A DNA stretch of 64,000 nucleotides. It comes from Camelus dromedarius (lineage: Eukaryota). Position numbers and translations under genes: made by a program. The stretch's first letter is position 1; every line of letters starts with the position of its first letter. Where the stretch lies: NCBI RefSeq assembly GCF_036321535.1, contig NC_087447.1, positions 37,574,001-37,638,000 on the forward strand, given 5' to 3'. The notes under the pieces are model-generated. The model saw only the letters and a program-made list of their open reading frames with translations. It made no database searches and was not told where the DNA came from. Below, in pieces: positions 50,561 through 61,584 of this stretch.

Positions 50561-53500
50561 TGATCAAAACTGCACTGGTTTTCCTTTAGATTTTTCTGTT
50601 TGTTTTTTGTGGGGAGAGAGGAAGTTAGCTGCTAAAACTCCCCATCGACTGATAGGAAGATTAAAGTCAAATCTCCTCAGATCTTGGACTTTCCTCACAT
50701 CAGAATCACTCAATTGATTTTTGAACCTACAGGCAGCAAAATGGAATTTGCATATTTCCCAGAGAAATTCCAGAGAGAAAGTGAGAGGCCAAGTGAGAGA
50801 TGAGCAGAGAAAGAACAGTGAGAAAGAGAGACAGAGACAGAGAAACAGAACAGATTGAAACTGCCAGTCTGGCAGCAGAAATGAGGGCCTCGGAAGAGCT
50901 GTTCATTTTCCAGCTGGGTTGTGGGGTTTTTTGGTTTTTTTTTCCCTGGTTCTTTCCTTTTTTCATTTGTGTTCACACTTCCCCCTCTTGTGGCTTATCA
51001 GAAAATCACAGGTGCTCCTTGCCTTTCAGCGGATTTCAAAACTGGTAACCACTCAACAAGGCTGGCGGTCCTGGGGGAGGCAGCTGGGTCAAACCCAGGG
51101 CGGGGAGGCTGGTCCCTGCACACCACCTGCTCCTTATCCAAGGTCATGTGGGCAGAAAGTGCAGCTCCTCTCTCTCATTAAAGAAAGAAGAGCTCTAGGA
51201 ATGAGGGCCTGCTCCTCATGGGGATGCTCCCCAAAAGGTTTTTTTGCAGGGGGAGGGAGAGGGAGGCGTGGACTCATCTGGGGACAGGCTAGTAGGAGAG
51301 AAAAATGATCTGAGTCCAAGGTGCATGGCACCCCTCACACTCGAATGCTCCCTCCTCCAAGCTATCTCCGGGTCTCTGTTCACACTGTCACCTACACCAA
51401 GTGCCCATCCTTCAAGAACTAAGTTATCATGTCACCCCTTTTATGACCCTTTTTACCACCCCTTCTGAGACCCTTACCCCCAGTGGAAGTGTTTTGTCTT
51501 GTCCCTCCCCACGGTACCGTATCTAGGACACTAAGGTGGCACTGGTCAGGTCTTCTTGGTGCAATTATACATGCTTTTGTTTCATCATCCCACAGACAGT
51601 GAAGAAGAAAGGGAAGGGGCTGGGTTTCATTAATCTCCAAAGACTCGGCCTCCAGCACCAGGCCTACTGTATAGGAGAAGCGTAGAATGTACTGGATGAA
51701 TGCTTTTTGTTTGTGTGCCTGGGTGTGTGACCTCACCCACGTGCGATGACTGTCTCTGTTCAGTGATAGAGGGGCCAGGTGAGGCTGGATCTGAGGGCCC
51801 AGGAGCCCCCAGGTGCACCCATTCCTTTCCTTGAAGACTTCCCAGGCAAAGGCAGTTAAGTGATCTATGTCTCCATTTCAAATGTATAGCCCACCAGCAT
51901 TTGAAGAGTATTTAAATGATCTCTGCAACTGATTTTCAAATGATTCAGACGAAGCAGAAGGTAGCAAGGGGGGGAGGGAGGAATGAAGGAGAGGAGGAGA
52001 GGAGGAAGACAACAATGATGAAAAAGGAGGAGGCAGAAAGAAAGAGAACACGTGTCACAGTTGGTGGATGGAGCTGCCGGTGCCTAAATGGCCATCGTAC
52101 TTTTCCTTATTCCCCATTTTCCTGTAGTTCTGAAATTTTTCAAAACCAAAAAAAAAAAAATTGGGAAAAAAATACAAAAAAAGTATTTTAAATGGTTTGC
52201 GAATTTAAAAATAAAGTCAATGGTAGAGTAAGAAATCAAATCAGGACACAATAAAAATTATTGTCTCAGCCTAGGGACGATGCGTGGGTGTTAGGGGCTA
52301 CAAACCTCAGGAAATCTGAAGTACAAATGCTGTGTTAGTGAATTTTTCTAAGGAGGAAGTTTATATTTTCCATCAGATTCTCAAGGGGTTGGTAACATAT
52401 ATCCCATGCACCCCAAAAATGTTAAAACAGTAAACTAAAGGGAGCAGGAGAATGGCTGTTACCAGGCACAGGAGAATCAGTAGCCATAAAAATGACAGAC
52501 TGAAGTCACCACATTTCAGAGACAAGAAATACCCCAGAGATCATGTCGCCCAGACCACTATATCCAGACAGGAAAACTAAGTCCAAAGAAAGGTCAGGGA
52601 GTTTAACTCCAACAAATTTAACATGTTTCATGGGCTCATAAATGACAACTGGGCTCACAATGGTCTCCTTATGCCGGGGGGGAGATGTTCCCCCCAGAAA
52701 AGCCACCCTGAAAAACATTACCAGACAAAGGCCATTTGTCGGCCCTCCTAGACAAGGACATGCATCTTTGTTCTGAACCAGATGACCACATTCTTACCAG
52801 GATGATTGCAAAGGGAGCCTTGTCGAGGGGGTTACGGGTGTCTCAGTGGGACCGGGGACAGTCGGAGCTGCAGGGTGGAAGGAACAGGCCACTAACTAAG
52901 ATTGATGGATGGTGTGAGCTCTGGCAGGCCAAACACAATGCGGGGATGGCCAAGTGAGGGAGCAAAATTAGTTTGCAAGATTAGAACGTATTAACACAAG
53001 TCAGACAACTGTCATGTCACAGCTCCTCACCATAATGCTGATTGGCAGGCAAGCATTTCTGATTCTGATAGCCACGGAGGCGAGGCGTCTGCAATCTGTC
53101 TCGCATGACATCCACCGACTGGCAAATCCCGCCTGCTGGAGAAGTCAGCTTTTCTTAGAAAACTGTGTCCCCTGAGTGTTGTGGGGCAGGCCCTCTGGGC
53201 CAAAGGTGCTTGGCAAGGTAGGAGAAGGCAGGGAGGATGTGGCGGCTGTCAAGAATTTCAGCAGAAGTGGGAAGGTAGACTTCCTGAGCTCAATGCAACA
53301 AGTACTTCCAGCTCACTCACAGGCCTGGAACCAGACGGGAACAGCAAGGAGATGGGAGAGGCACCACAATCCCTGCCTTAAGGAATGTTCAACTTCACTG
53401 GGGAGCCCAGATGTACACATGTGGCCATGTTCAATCAGGATGTAAAGCAGGCCAGAGGCAGCAGAGACCATCCCTGGCCAAAGCCCATCCAGTTGGTTCT

Positions 53501-53744
53501 AATAAATGCCCCCTTCTCTCTGCCCCACTCGTTCTTCTCTAGACTAATAGGTCAGTAGTTCAGCCAATCAATTTCCATTATCATTCAAACCTGAAAGAAT
53601 TTGGAAATTGTTATGACTGATTTATACCCAAGTCTTGAGTGGCACTTTTTCTTTACTTGTTTGCATTGTATGAAATGTTGAATGTGGGCCTTCTAATCTG
53701 ACTTTATTAAATATAAAGTAAACACAAAAGAACTTTTGTAAAAG

Positions 53745-54160
53745 CATGTATATTAGTCTACATAGTCCAGGTTATACTGCAGTGACAAACAGGCCTGAAA
53801 TGCCAGTGGCTTAACATAACAAACATGGATTTCTTATTCTGCAAAATCCACTGCTAATCCAGACAGATACCCATGATAACTCTTCAGAATAACGAAATTC
53901 ACCGATTCAGGCTGCTTGGATCCTGTGGCCCCTTCATTTCAACATGAAGCCATGGAAAGGAAAAAATCGGCTGGAAACCATGCACCAACTTTTTCATGCT
54001 TTGGTCCAAAAAATCACACACATACACACACACACAAATCAGTCACAGACACACACACACCAGTTCTGCCTGCCGCTCATTGGCTTGGACATCACATGGC
54101 CTTGCCTAACTTCGAGGAGGTAGAGACTGGAGGAAACAGATGAAATGTGTCTGCCACAAC
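53745..54160 (-). mobile_element. Old MLT1 (K-like) LTR
   Basis: tattagtc...ggttatactgcagtgacaaac...cagtggcttaacataacaaa...gctcattggc...tcacatggcc. Confidence 0.6.
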
Positions 54161-54229
54161 ACGTAAGCAGAGAGCACACACCTTTGTACTCATCAACAAA
54201 CGTAAGAAAAAGAACATGATTAGTATTTG

Positions 54230-54505
54230 TGCCCTGTGTGCCCTTCTCAGATGCCAACCCCCTCTGGCCCCCTCAGAGGTAACTGTCCTATAAATTTTTG
54301 GATTTATTATTTCCTTGTTTTTCTTTATATTTTACCACATATTGTTGGATCTGTAAACAACATAGCATTCAGTTATGCACTTTTTGAACTTCATACAAAT
54401 GAATACATGAGCTTTGTATCTTTCCTTTTTCACTCAAGATTTATTCATTTTTCTGCACAGTTGGAATTCCATCATTTTTAATTGTTTTATAGATTTCCAC
54501 TGATG
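54230..54505 (-). mobile_element. L1ME-type 3' UTR fragment
   Basis: agaggtaact...tttttgaacttcatacaaatg...tttttcactcaa...gatttattcat. Confidence 0.65.
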
Positions 54506-54839
54506 ACTCCCTTGGGGCTAAACAATAAAGACTTTGGGGGGTCATTTTTTAAGAGTCTCCCAACACAGGGGAGAAATGTGGCTGTGCGTTGGCAGATACT
54601 GTAAAGCTCAGCTCTCGGACTGATGTGTCTTGTAAAATCCAGATGGCTTCACTGACCGTTCTGCACATGGCAGCATGATGTGACTGGGTTCATGCCTTAT
54701 CCACACTGATAGAAGTATTATCATTAGTGTTATTCATACGTAAGCATTCTCATTGTTGGTCTCTGGATCTATTTGGAGTTTTTGAAGGAGCAGACTACTG
54801 GTGGGGCCTCAAACTGATGATCATGTCCACTTTCATTTT

Positions 54840-57600
54840 TAAAACAAAAGCATTTTTTTAGTAACCAAGCTTGGGACCAAGCTGGAGAAATAGAAAAGAC
54901 GTAGGAAAATGATGTGATTCAGAACAAAATGAATTTGGTTTTTGTATGTGCAATTTGGGTTTGTGGTATTCTTTATCTCATTTGTTACACTCTCCTCTTG
55001 TTTCAGTATTTTGATAAAGCTGATTATAATGACATGTCTGAACAATGAAGACATAAAAGAAACAGACAAGAAGATGTCATGTTGGATGCTGTTTAAAAGA
55101 AGACCTGTTTTAACCATTGCAAACCATCTTCTTTGCACAGTAGGTTCTTCTTTACCAACTGCTGTTGAAGAAATTTCCATGAAAGCCTTTGACAAAATAG
55201 AAACAAAATCCAAAGGACACCAGGAATTCCGACTGGCTATCAGTGGAAAATAGAAACACCATATCACAGCTGAGGAAGAAAAAGGCCTCCAGAGAATGGA
55301 GAAGTTGAAACTGTTAAGTGCCTAAAAATGGTTGGGAGAACTTTGCCATTTGATTACAGATGAGAAAAATAGACATCAGTGCCTCAAATGAAGGCTCAGA
55401 ACATGTAGAAAAATCCATGAAGCCTTATAATTGTGGCTAATTGAATATTCAATAGGCTACTTTAATATGTAATAGGTAAAGATTTAATCAAAGTACCCAT
55501 TCCAAAAGGATAACTGAGTACTCTGAATGTTTGAGCACCTGGAAGGGAAAAAGTGTTACAGTATTGATAGAATAATAACTGCTAATGAAATATCTATACC
55601 TTTGAAGACAAAATTGTTGACATACTGAGCAGAGTATCATTGTTTCATAAGCAGTGACTACTAGTTAATTAGGATATTTTATCACAAGGAATTCAGATTC
55701 AAATGAATGCAAACATGTAAAAATTGCAGATTACCCTGTATTTCTTGATGAATAACAGATGTTACATTTTCTGTATCAATTTGAATTTGGTAATGTAGGT
55801 ATTTAAAGTAATTCTTACTTCCAAACAGCATTTTTTTTCAAAAAAACTAAAGCTATAAGAAAAACTGCCACGATGTGTATGCTGTCCATATAATCAGATA
55901 TATTTTGACTTCCATGACCACTGTTCAGAAGGATTAGGTTGAAGTTATAGGACTGTTCTAAAAATGCTGTGATGGAGTGACTGAAACAACACACAGAGCC
56001 TAAGCAACCAGGTAACTTGGTCAATCATGAAATCTTTCTATTCTAACCTTCCTTGAAAAATTACATGAAGTAGTTGGGAAAGTAGATTGGTTGTTACCGT
56101 TGGGACTTCTGGATTATATGCAAGAAAACATGCCAGTCTTCCAAGACTTTTTTGCTCCATGATGAACGATGTTCAAACTGCCTATTTGCTGTGTGTGCTG
56201 GAGCATCTCACTGCTCACTAATATCAGATACAACTGTAGTAGTGCACACTTATCTAATAGGATAGGCATATTGAGATAATTTGTAATCCAACATGGGATT
56301 TTATAGAGTCTGAAATATCAACCAACATACATGGGGAAAATGTTGATCTTTTTTCTGGCCCCCAGTTCAACCCATTTAAGAGACATTCTACTTGCCTTTC
56401 TTAACTCACTCCCTGTGAATCTTAATGTTTCATTCCTCACAGAAGAGGGACAACACCAGGAAGTCTCTGCTTAATTAAAAATCTGTAACAATACATGACC
56501 CGAAAATTTCTAAAAGACTCCTCTGAAGCCCAGTTCTGATCCTAAGACATCTGGTAAAGTTTCTGTTCTGATGTGTCCTTGACATTCAAATCTTGAGTAA
56601 TGTTCCAAGTGGCTTTTTGAGGTCACATCATGTCATCCATCCATTGAATCCCATTCTCTGACCAAAGATGAAAACAAAGGTGACATGTTCCTTCAAATCG
56701 TAACTTAAAATGTGGGTCAAAAACTGATCTGGAGAAAGTGGAATGCTTTCACTACTTTCTAAAGAACATTCTGGGGTATATGAATCCACAGCTGCCTTTG
56801 TCTATTTCAGTGCTTCCTGGATGACCATTATCCACCTTCCTTCTTTAGCACACTCCCTGTAAATGACCATGGTGTCTCTCACTGAAGGTGGATCCAACTC
56901 TGAACATTCCCTCTAAAATATATGTGCCCAAGATGAAGGCTGGACATGGGCGTCCCTTTATTCCAATGGGGCCTTAAGAAAAAATTCTGCCTTTAATCTA
57001 GGTCCTATCTAGTCTTATCTGGGTGTAGTCTCGTTAATGAGGAATAATCAATATTCCTTTTTATGGTATTTACCCTAGTGTATCACCAATTTTAAAAAAA
57101 CCATGACATCTCATTCTTCTACTCTTAATTCAAAAAAAAATTTCTAAGAAATGATCTAGATACATCATGTGGATCTTCTCCTGCCCCTATGGAAATATCT
57201 AAACCACCTCATAAAACATCTTACTTTAATGAGAGTTCTGATGATACCTCTTTGAGGAACAGTTGGTAAGACGCTGCTTTTGGCCTTGGTTCAGCATGAT
57301 ACCTGATAAAAGTGTGATGTTTCTCTCTTCTACTCTTAAGGATACAAATGTGCCTGGAAATGCTTATATATATCCTTTAAGATATCAGAGTTGGCCTTGA
57401 AGAACATCAGGTGATGTTTCATCAAAGAAAAGTGGTCCTGATATCTCTTTTATCCCTTCTTCTGTTAGTATTGGAGTACCTCATCCCTTCACTAATGATG
57501 TACAGATGTGTGACATTTCTCTCTTCCTGTGACTCAGAGGGGCCTACCGTATATTCGCCATGAGACTATGGATTGGACTCCATCTTTTTATAGACAGATA
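54840..57600 (-). pseudogene. Degraded intronless LRRC37-family-like retrocopy (candidate)
   Basis: Minus-strand peptides IPLSPDQFL (56744-56718), QRLPGVVPLL (56469-56440), LKWV (56380), WTAYTSW (55888), QFLH..LNLNSL (55726), KTGLL (T at 55108) and YKNQIHF plus a hydrophobic stretch (54946) resemble, in order, recalled LRRC37A/B motifs. Many stops and frameshifts; several spacings need indels. Confidence 0.5.
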
Positions 57601-57669
57601 ACTTTAGAACCTATACAACAATTTGCTCCATTCTTGGTGTCATTCTAGAAAGATCTTTATTTTAACCTA

Positions 57670-58200
57670 ATATAAATAAACATGAAATTGAGAGAATACA
57701 CAAAACCATGGATTAGTTTTATGAACAGGCTAATAAAATTTACAAACTTCTGGCAAATTTGATTGATATAAAAAATAAAAGCTTAGAAATACTAGAAATG
57801 AAGAATAGGGCATAGTTCAGATTTGGTAGAATTTAAAAGATAATAAAGATATTCTGACAGCTTTATGCTAATAAATAATTGAAACATGAATTACAAAACC
57901 CTCCAGAAACATAAAAATACAGTTTACCAAAACTGACTCTTAAAAAGACCAAAAAAGGTTAATGGTTCAAGAACGCTTAAATGAACTGGTACTTTAAAAT
58001 TTTTTTTTTCTCACGAAGAATACTAGATGGTCTTATTGATTAGTTTCACTGACTATTAAAATATTCCTATCTTAAAAATTATTCCAGGAAGAGATTTATA
58101 TAGCTTTTACTAAGAGTGTAAGATAACTTTGACTTCAGAACTTAATACAGATAAAGAAATATGATTGATGACAAAGTACAGAGGTCTTCTGCCTGAAGTA
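57670..58200 (+). mobile_element. Old L1 ORF2 fragment
   Basis: aataaaatttacaaacttctggcaaatttgat...aaaagataataaaga...cagctttatgctaataaa resembles the L1 ORF2 NKIDKPLARL...EQLYANK region. Confidence 0.7.
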
Positions 58201-58226
58201 CATCTTTTATAGAAATGCTATTTGTC

Positions 58227-58320
58227 GGGGTGGGTATAGCTCAGTGGTAGAGCAGGTTCTTATCATGCATGAGGTCCTGGGTTCAATCCCTAGTACCTCC
58301 ATTAAAAAAAGAAAAAAAAA
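58227..58320 (+). mobile_element. tRNA-derived camelid SINE (short form)
   Basis: tagctcagtgg A box, ggttcaatcc B box, poly-A; ctatttg on both flanks (58218, 58322). Confidence 0.9.
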
Positions 58321-58412
58321 TCTATTTGCATTCAAAGAACACATATAAAGACTATATAATACATTCATTCCACTCAACTTATATATTGACAGGTATTTTT
58401 GTTCAACTTTAG

Positions 58413-58547
58413 GTTTTGTTGTTGTTGTTCTTTTGGTGGGGAAGGTAATTAGGCTTATTTATTTTTTTTTATGGATGTACTGGGGATTGAACTCAGGACC
58501 TCATGCGTGCTAGGCATGCACTCTACCACTGAGCTACACCCTCCTCC
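58413..58547 (-). mobile_element. tRNA-derived camelid SINE
   Basis: Antisense A/B boxes and aggtaattagg segment; ctttag at 58407 and 58548. Confidence 0.9.
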
Positions 58548-58670
58548 CTTTAGTTTTCTTAATCCACAAAACATTCTTACTTTACATTTTGTACAATGTT
58601 CACTAAGATGTACCCACATTTTGCCACTTTCTTCACCTTTCATCCTTCATCCCACAGACCTTTCTTCTAG

Positions 58671-59151
58671 TGTTACCAGCCAGCGTTCTTAGACTCCTTA
58701 ATCAATAGAAATTGATAAGAGGCCAGACGAGATATTTTGGCAAGGCTTTATTGGGACTCATGCTGCAGCAGGAAGGCGCAAAAACAAGTTAACAGGTTGC
58801 CTTGCTCACTCTCTGAGGGGAGAGGCAAGCTGGTTCCTTAAATGGGGTGAGGGTAGGGGCGGATCCATGGGTCGGGCTGAAAGGGTGGCTTAGGTGGCTG
58901 GCCCAACCCCTTGGCAGTGCTGTGTGCAAGGATCACTGTGCAGTCCCCTGCTTCTCTTCCAGACTTCTCAGAAATGGCAGTTGGGTTTTTGGTCTTTTTG
59001 TATCTTGTTGTTTATAATTTGCCCCAACTATGCATGTACAATTATTTTTAGGCCCTTATTGTTTCTTTGTGTTCTGTTGCTCAAGGAGATGTTTGTCCAG
59101 GTGCAAGAATTGCAGCAAAGAATCCCAGGTCCCAGGTTCCAGCCTGTCTCA
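58671..59151 (-). mobile_element. ERV solo LTR (~480 bp, probably ERV1)
   Basis: TG...CA termini (tgttacc...tgtctca); minus-strand AATAAAgcc near 58745-58753; sharp composition boundaries. Confidence 0.7.
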
Positions 59152-59271
59152 CTGAGATCACATTTCTTCTGCTTGAAACACATTCTTTAGAACTTCCTTT
59201 AGTGAGGACTGTTTGATGACAAATCTCATAGTTGTTGTTTTTTCTAAAAGTGTTATTCTCCCTTTAATCTT

Positions 59272-59387
59272 TTTTTGTGGGGGCAGGAGGTAATTAGTTT
59301 TATTTTTTTAATAGAGGTACTGGGGATCAAACCCAGGACCTTGTGCATGCTAAGTATGCACTCTACCACTGAGCTATACTTCCCCAC
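59272..59387 (-). mobile_element. tRNA-derived camelid SINE with 14-bp TSD
   Basis: TSD ctccctttaatctt (59258-59271) and ctccctttattctt (59388-59401), 13 of 14 identical. Confidence 0.9.
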
Positions 59388-59439
59388 CTCCCTTTATTCT
59401 TGAAAAAGATTTCCATGTAGTTATTTTCTCTCAGTACAT

Positions 59440-60068
59440 GCAAGGCAGAATAATGTCCCTTCCCCAAAGATAGCCACACCCTAATACCTGGAACCTGTGA
59501 ATAGGTTACATTACATGGCAAAAGGGAGTTTGCAGGTGCAATTAAGGTTATTGATCCTAAAAACGGTAGAGTATCCTGGAGTATCCAGGTGAGTCCAATC
59601 TAACCACATGCGCCTTTAAAAGCAGAGAACTTACCGAAGTCAAATATGCAGCAGAAGAGGAAGAAGAGAGATGTGGCAGAGAACACAGAGAGATTCCAAG
59701 CATGAGAAGGATTTGAGACTCTCTTGTTGGCTCTTGAGATACAGAGGCCCATCCACAAGGACCAGAGAGAGGCTTCTGGGATCTGAGGGCAGCCCCACCT
59801 GACAGCCAGTAAGGAAACAGGAACTTCAGTCCTACAGCTGCAAGAAACTAGATTATATCAACAACCTCAATGAGCTCGGAAGTGGATTCTTCCCAGGGCC
59901 TCCTAATTAGAGGCCAGCTGGCTGACAGCATGGTTTCAACCTTATAAAACTCAGAGCAGAGATACTGGCTGAGTCAACCGGGACTGCTGACCCACAGAGC
60001 CGTGAGGTAATACATTTGTGTTATTTTAAGCTGCTATATTTGTTGTGACAGCAGTAGAAAACTCATAC
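59440..60068 (+). mobile_element. MLT1D/E-type MaLR solo LTR
   Basis: ggcagaataatgtccc...aaagatagccacaccctaatacctggaacctgtgaa...cagcagtagaaaactcatac. Confidence 0.85.
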
Positions 60069-60434
60069 TCAGTACCTTGACAATCTCAATCCACGTATGG
60101 CTTTCATTGTTGCTGTTGAAAAACCAGCCATTGTTCTAATTATCACTTCTTTTAAAGTCTTTTTTTCTCTGCCAACCTTTAAGATCTTGACTTCGTCTTT
60201 GATGTTCTGTGATTTCATTTGTATATATCTGCATGTGAATTTTTATTTTGAGTTCTTTTTATTTGTCCTGCTGAGAAATCATTAGATTTTCTGAATGAGG
60301 GGATGATTATCTTTTATCAGTGCTGGAAATTTTTGAGCCCTGACATCTTCAAATATGATCACTACTCCATTCTCTCCTTCCTCCTCTTCTGAAATTCCAG
60401 TGTGATATATATACTGAACCTATTGACTCTGTAT

Positions 60435-61580
60435 TCGGTTTTTTATGGTATTTAAAGTCATGAGACTGGGTGAGGTCACTAAAAAAGTAAGTAATGTTAA
60501 GACAAGAAATGAAGCAGAACCGGGAAAGAAAACACAAAACAAACAGCTAGTGTTATGAGAGAAAAACCAGGGAAGTGTGGTGTCTTGGAAACCAAGTAAA
60601 CAAAATGTTTCAAGGCAAGTATTGTTGAAAGATCAAAGAAAATTAGGACTCAGAACTCACTTTGGAGTTAGCATCATGTTGGTCACCTGTAACCTTGATA
60701 AGATTTTTATTCATGGAAGTGGTAGAGGCTAAAACCTGACTGGTGTGGTTTAAGAGAGTAGGGAAGGAATTAAATCTGGGGACATCAAGATTGCAATAAT
60801 ATTTCAAGGAATTTTTGTTGTTGTTGTTTGCAAAACAGAGCGGAGAAATGGGGAAGTAGTTGGAGGGAAAAGTAGAATCAAGAGAAGGTTAAGATGAGAA
60901 AAGTAACAGCTTGTTTCCATGTTGATGAGAATGGTCCTAGAGAAAAAAAGAAGAGAATGGAGGATTAAGCATGTAATTGTCTTGAATAAGTGACAAGGGA
61001 ATGCACAAAGTCTGGGCTTTAGCAAAGAACATGAACAGTGCATCCATAGTAACAAGAAGAAGAGTAAATGTCTGAAATGTTAGATGAAGGTAGGCGTGTG
61101 GCAGCTTCAGTTTTCTTAGGAAGTTGACAACCTGGCCTTCAGCTGAAAGTGAGGATGGAGCAGAGCTGTTTGGAGTTTTAGGAGAGAGGAGAAAAGGGAA
61201 ATAGTTACCCAGGAAAGTGGGAAAGTGAACATCATGAGGTAGTAGAGTATGAGGGGCTTACAGTGTGAAGGACCTCCTTGAGTTTAATGATTATGAACTT
61301 AAAAATAAATTAATGTGTCTGATTGTATGTTTTACTCCAACCACATTTAACTGTGTCTTGGAGTGAGCAGGGAGATGGATTTTACCAGCTTCTGGCTTAG
61401 TCAAAGCAGGTAAAACAAAGAGAAGGCAAAGGAATTGAGGGAGTTTGAAAGGGTGTGATTATAAGGATTGACAATGGAATGCCAGTGTGACACGGAGGCG
61501 CAAAGGTCATGAAGGAGGTGAAGGACAGTGAAAGGTAGTAGAATCAATGGATTGCAGGTATGGACAGAGTCAGGTGATAG
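60435..61580 (-). mobile_element. L2 LINE internal fragment
   Basis: ggtatttaaagtcatgagactggg...gtgtggtgtcttggaaaccaagt...tggtcacctgtaaccttgataag. Confidence 0.7.
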
Positions 61581-61584
61581 TCTA

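Noticed and set aside
54942..56250. Plus-strand peptides resembling CBL (DKKM..CW; N.P.FQ), PPP4R3/SMEK (D.QTA.LL), SYCP2 and RLF/ZNF654
   Set aside because: Matches are short, mutually incompatible and wrongly spaced. The minus-strand LRRC37-like set is more collinear. They show how easily chance matches arise here, which is why the LRRC37 call stays tentative.
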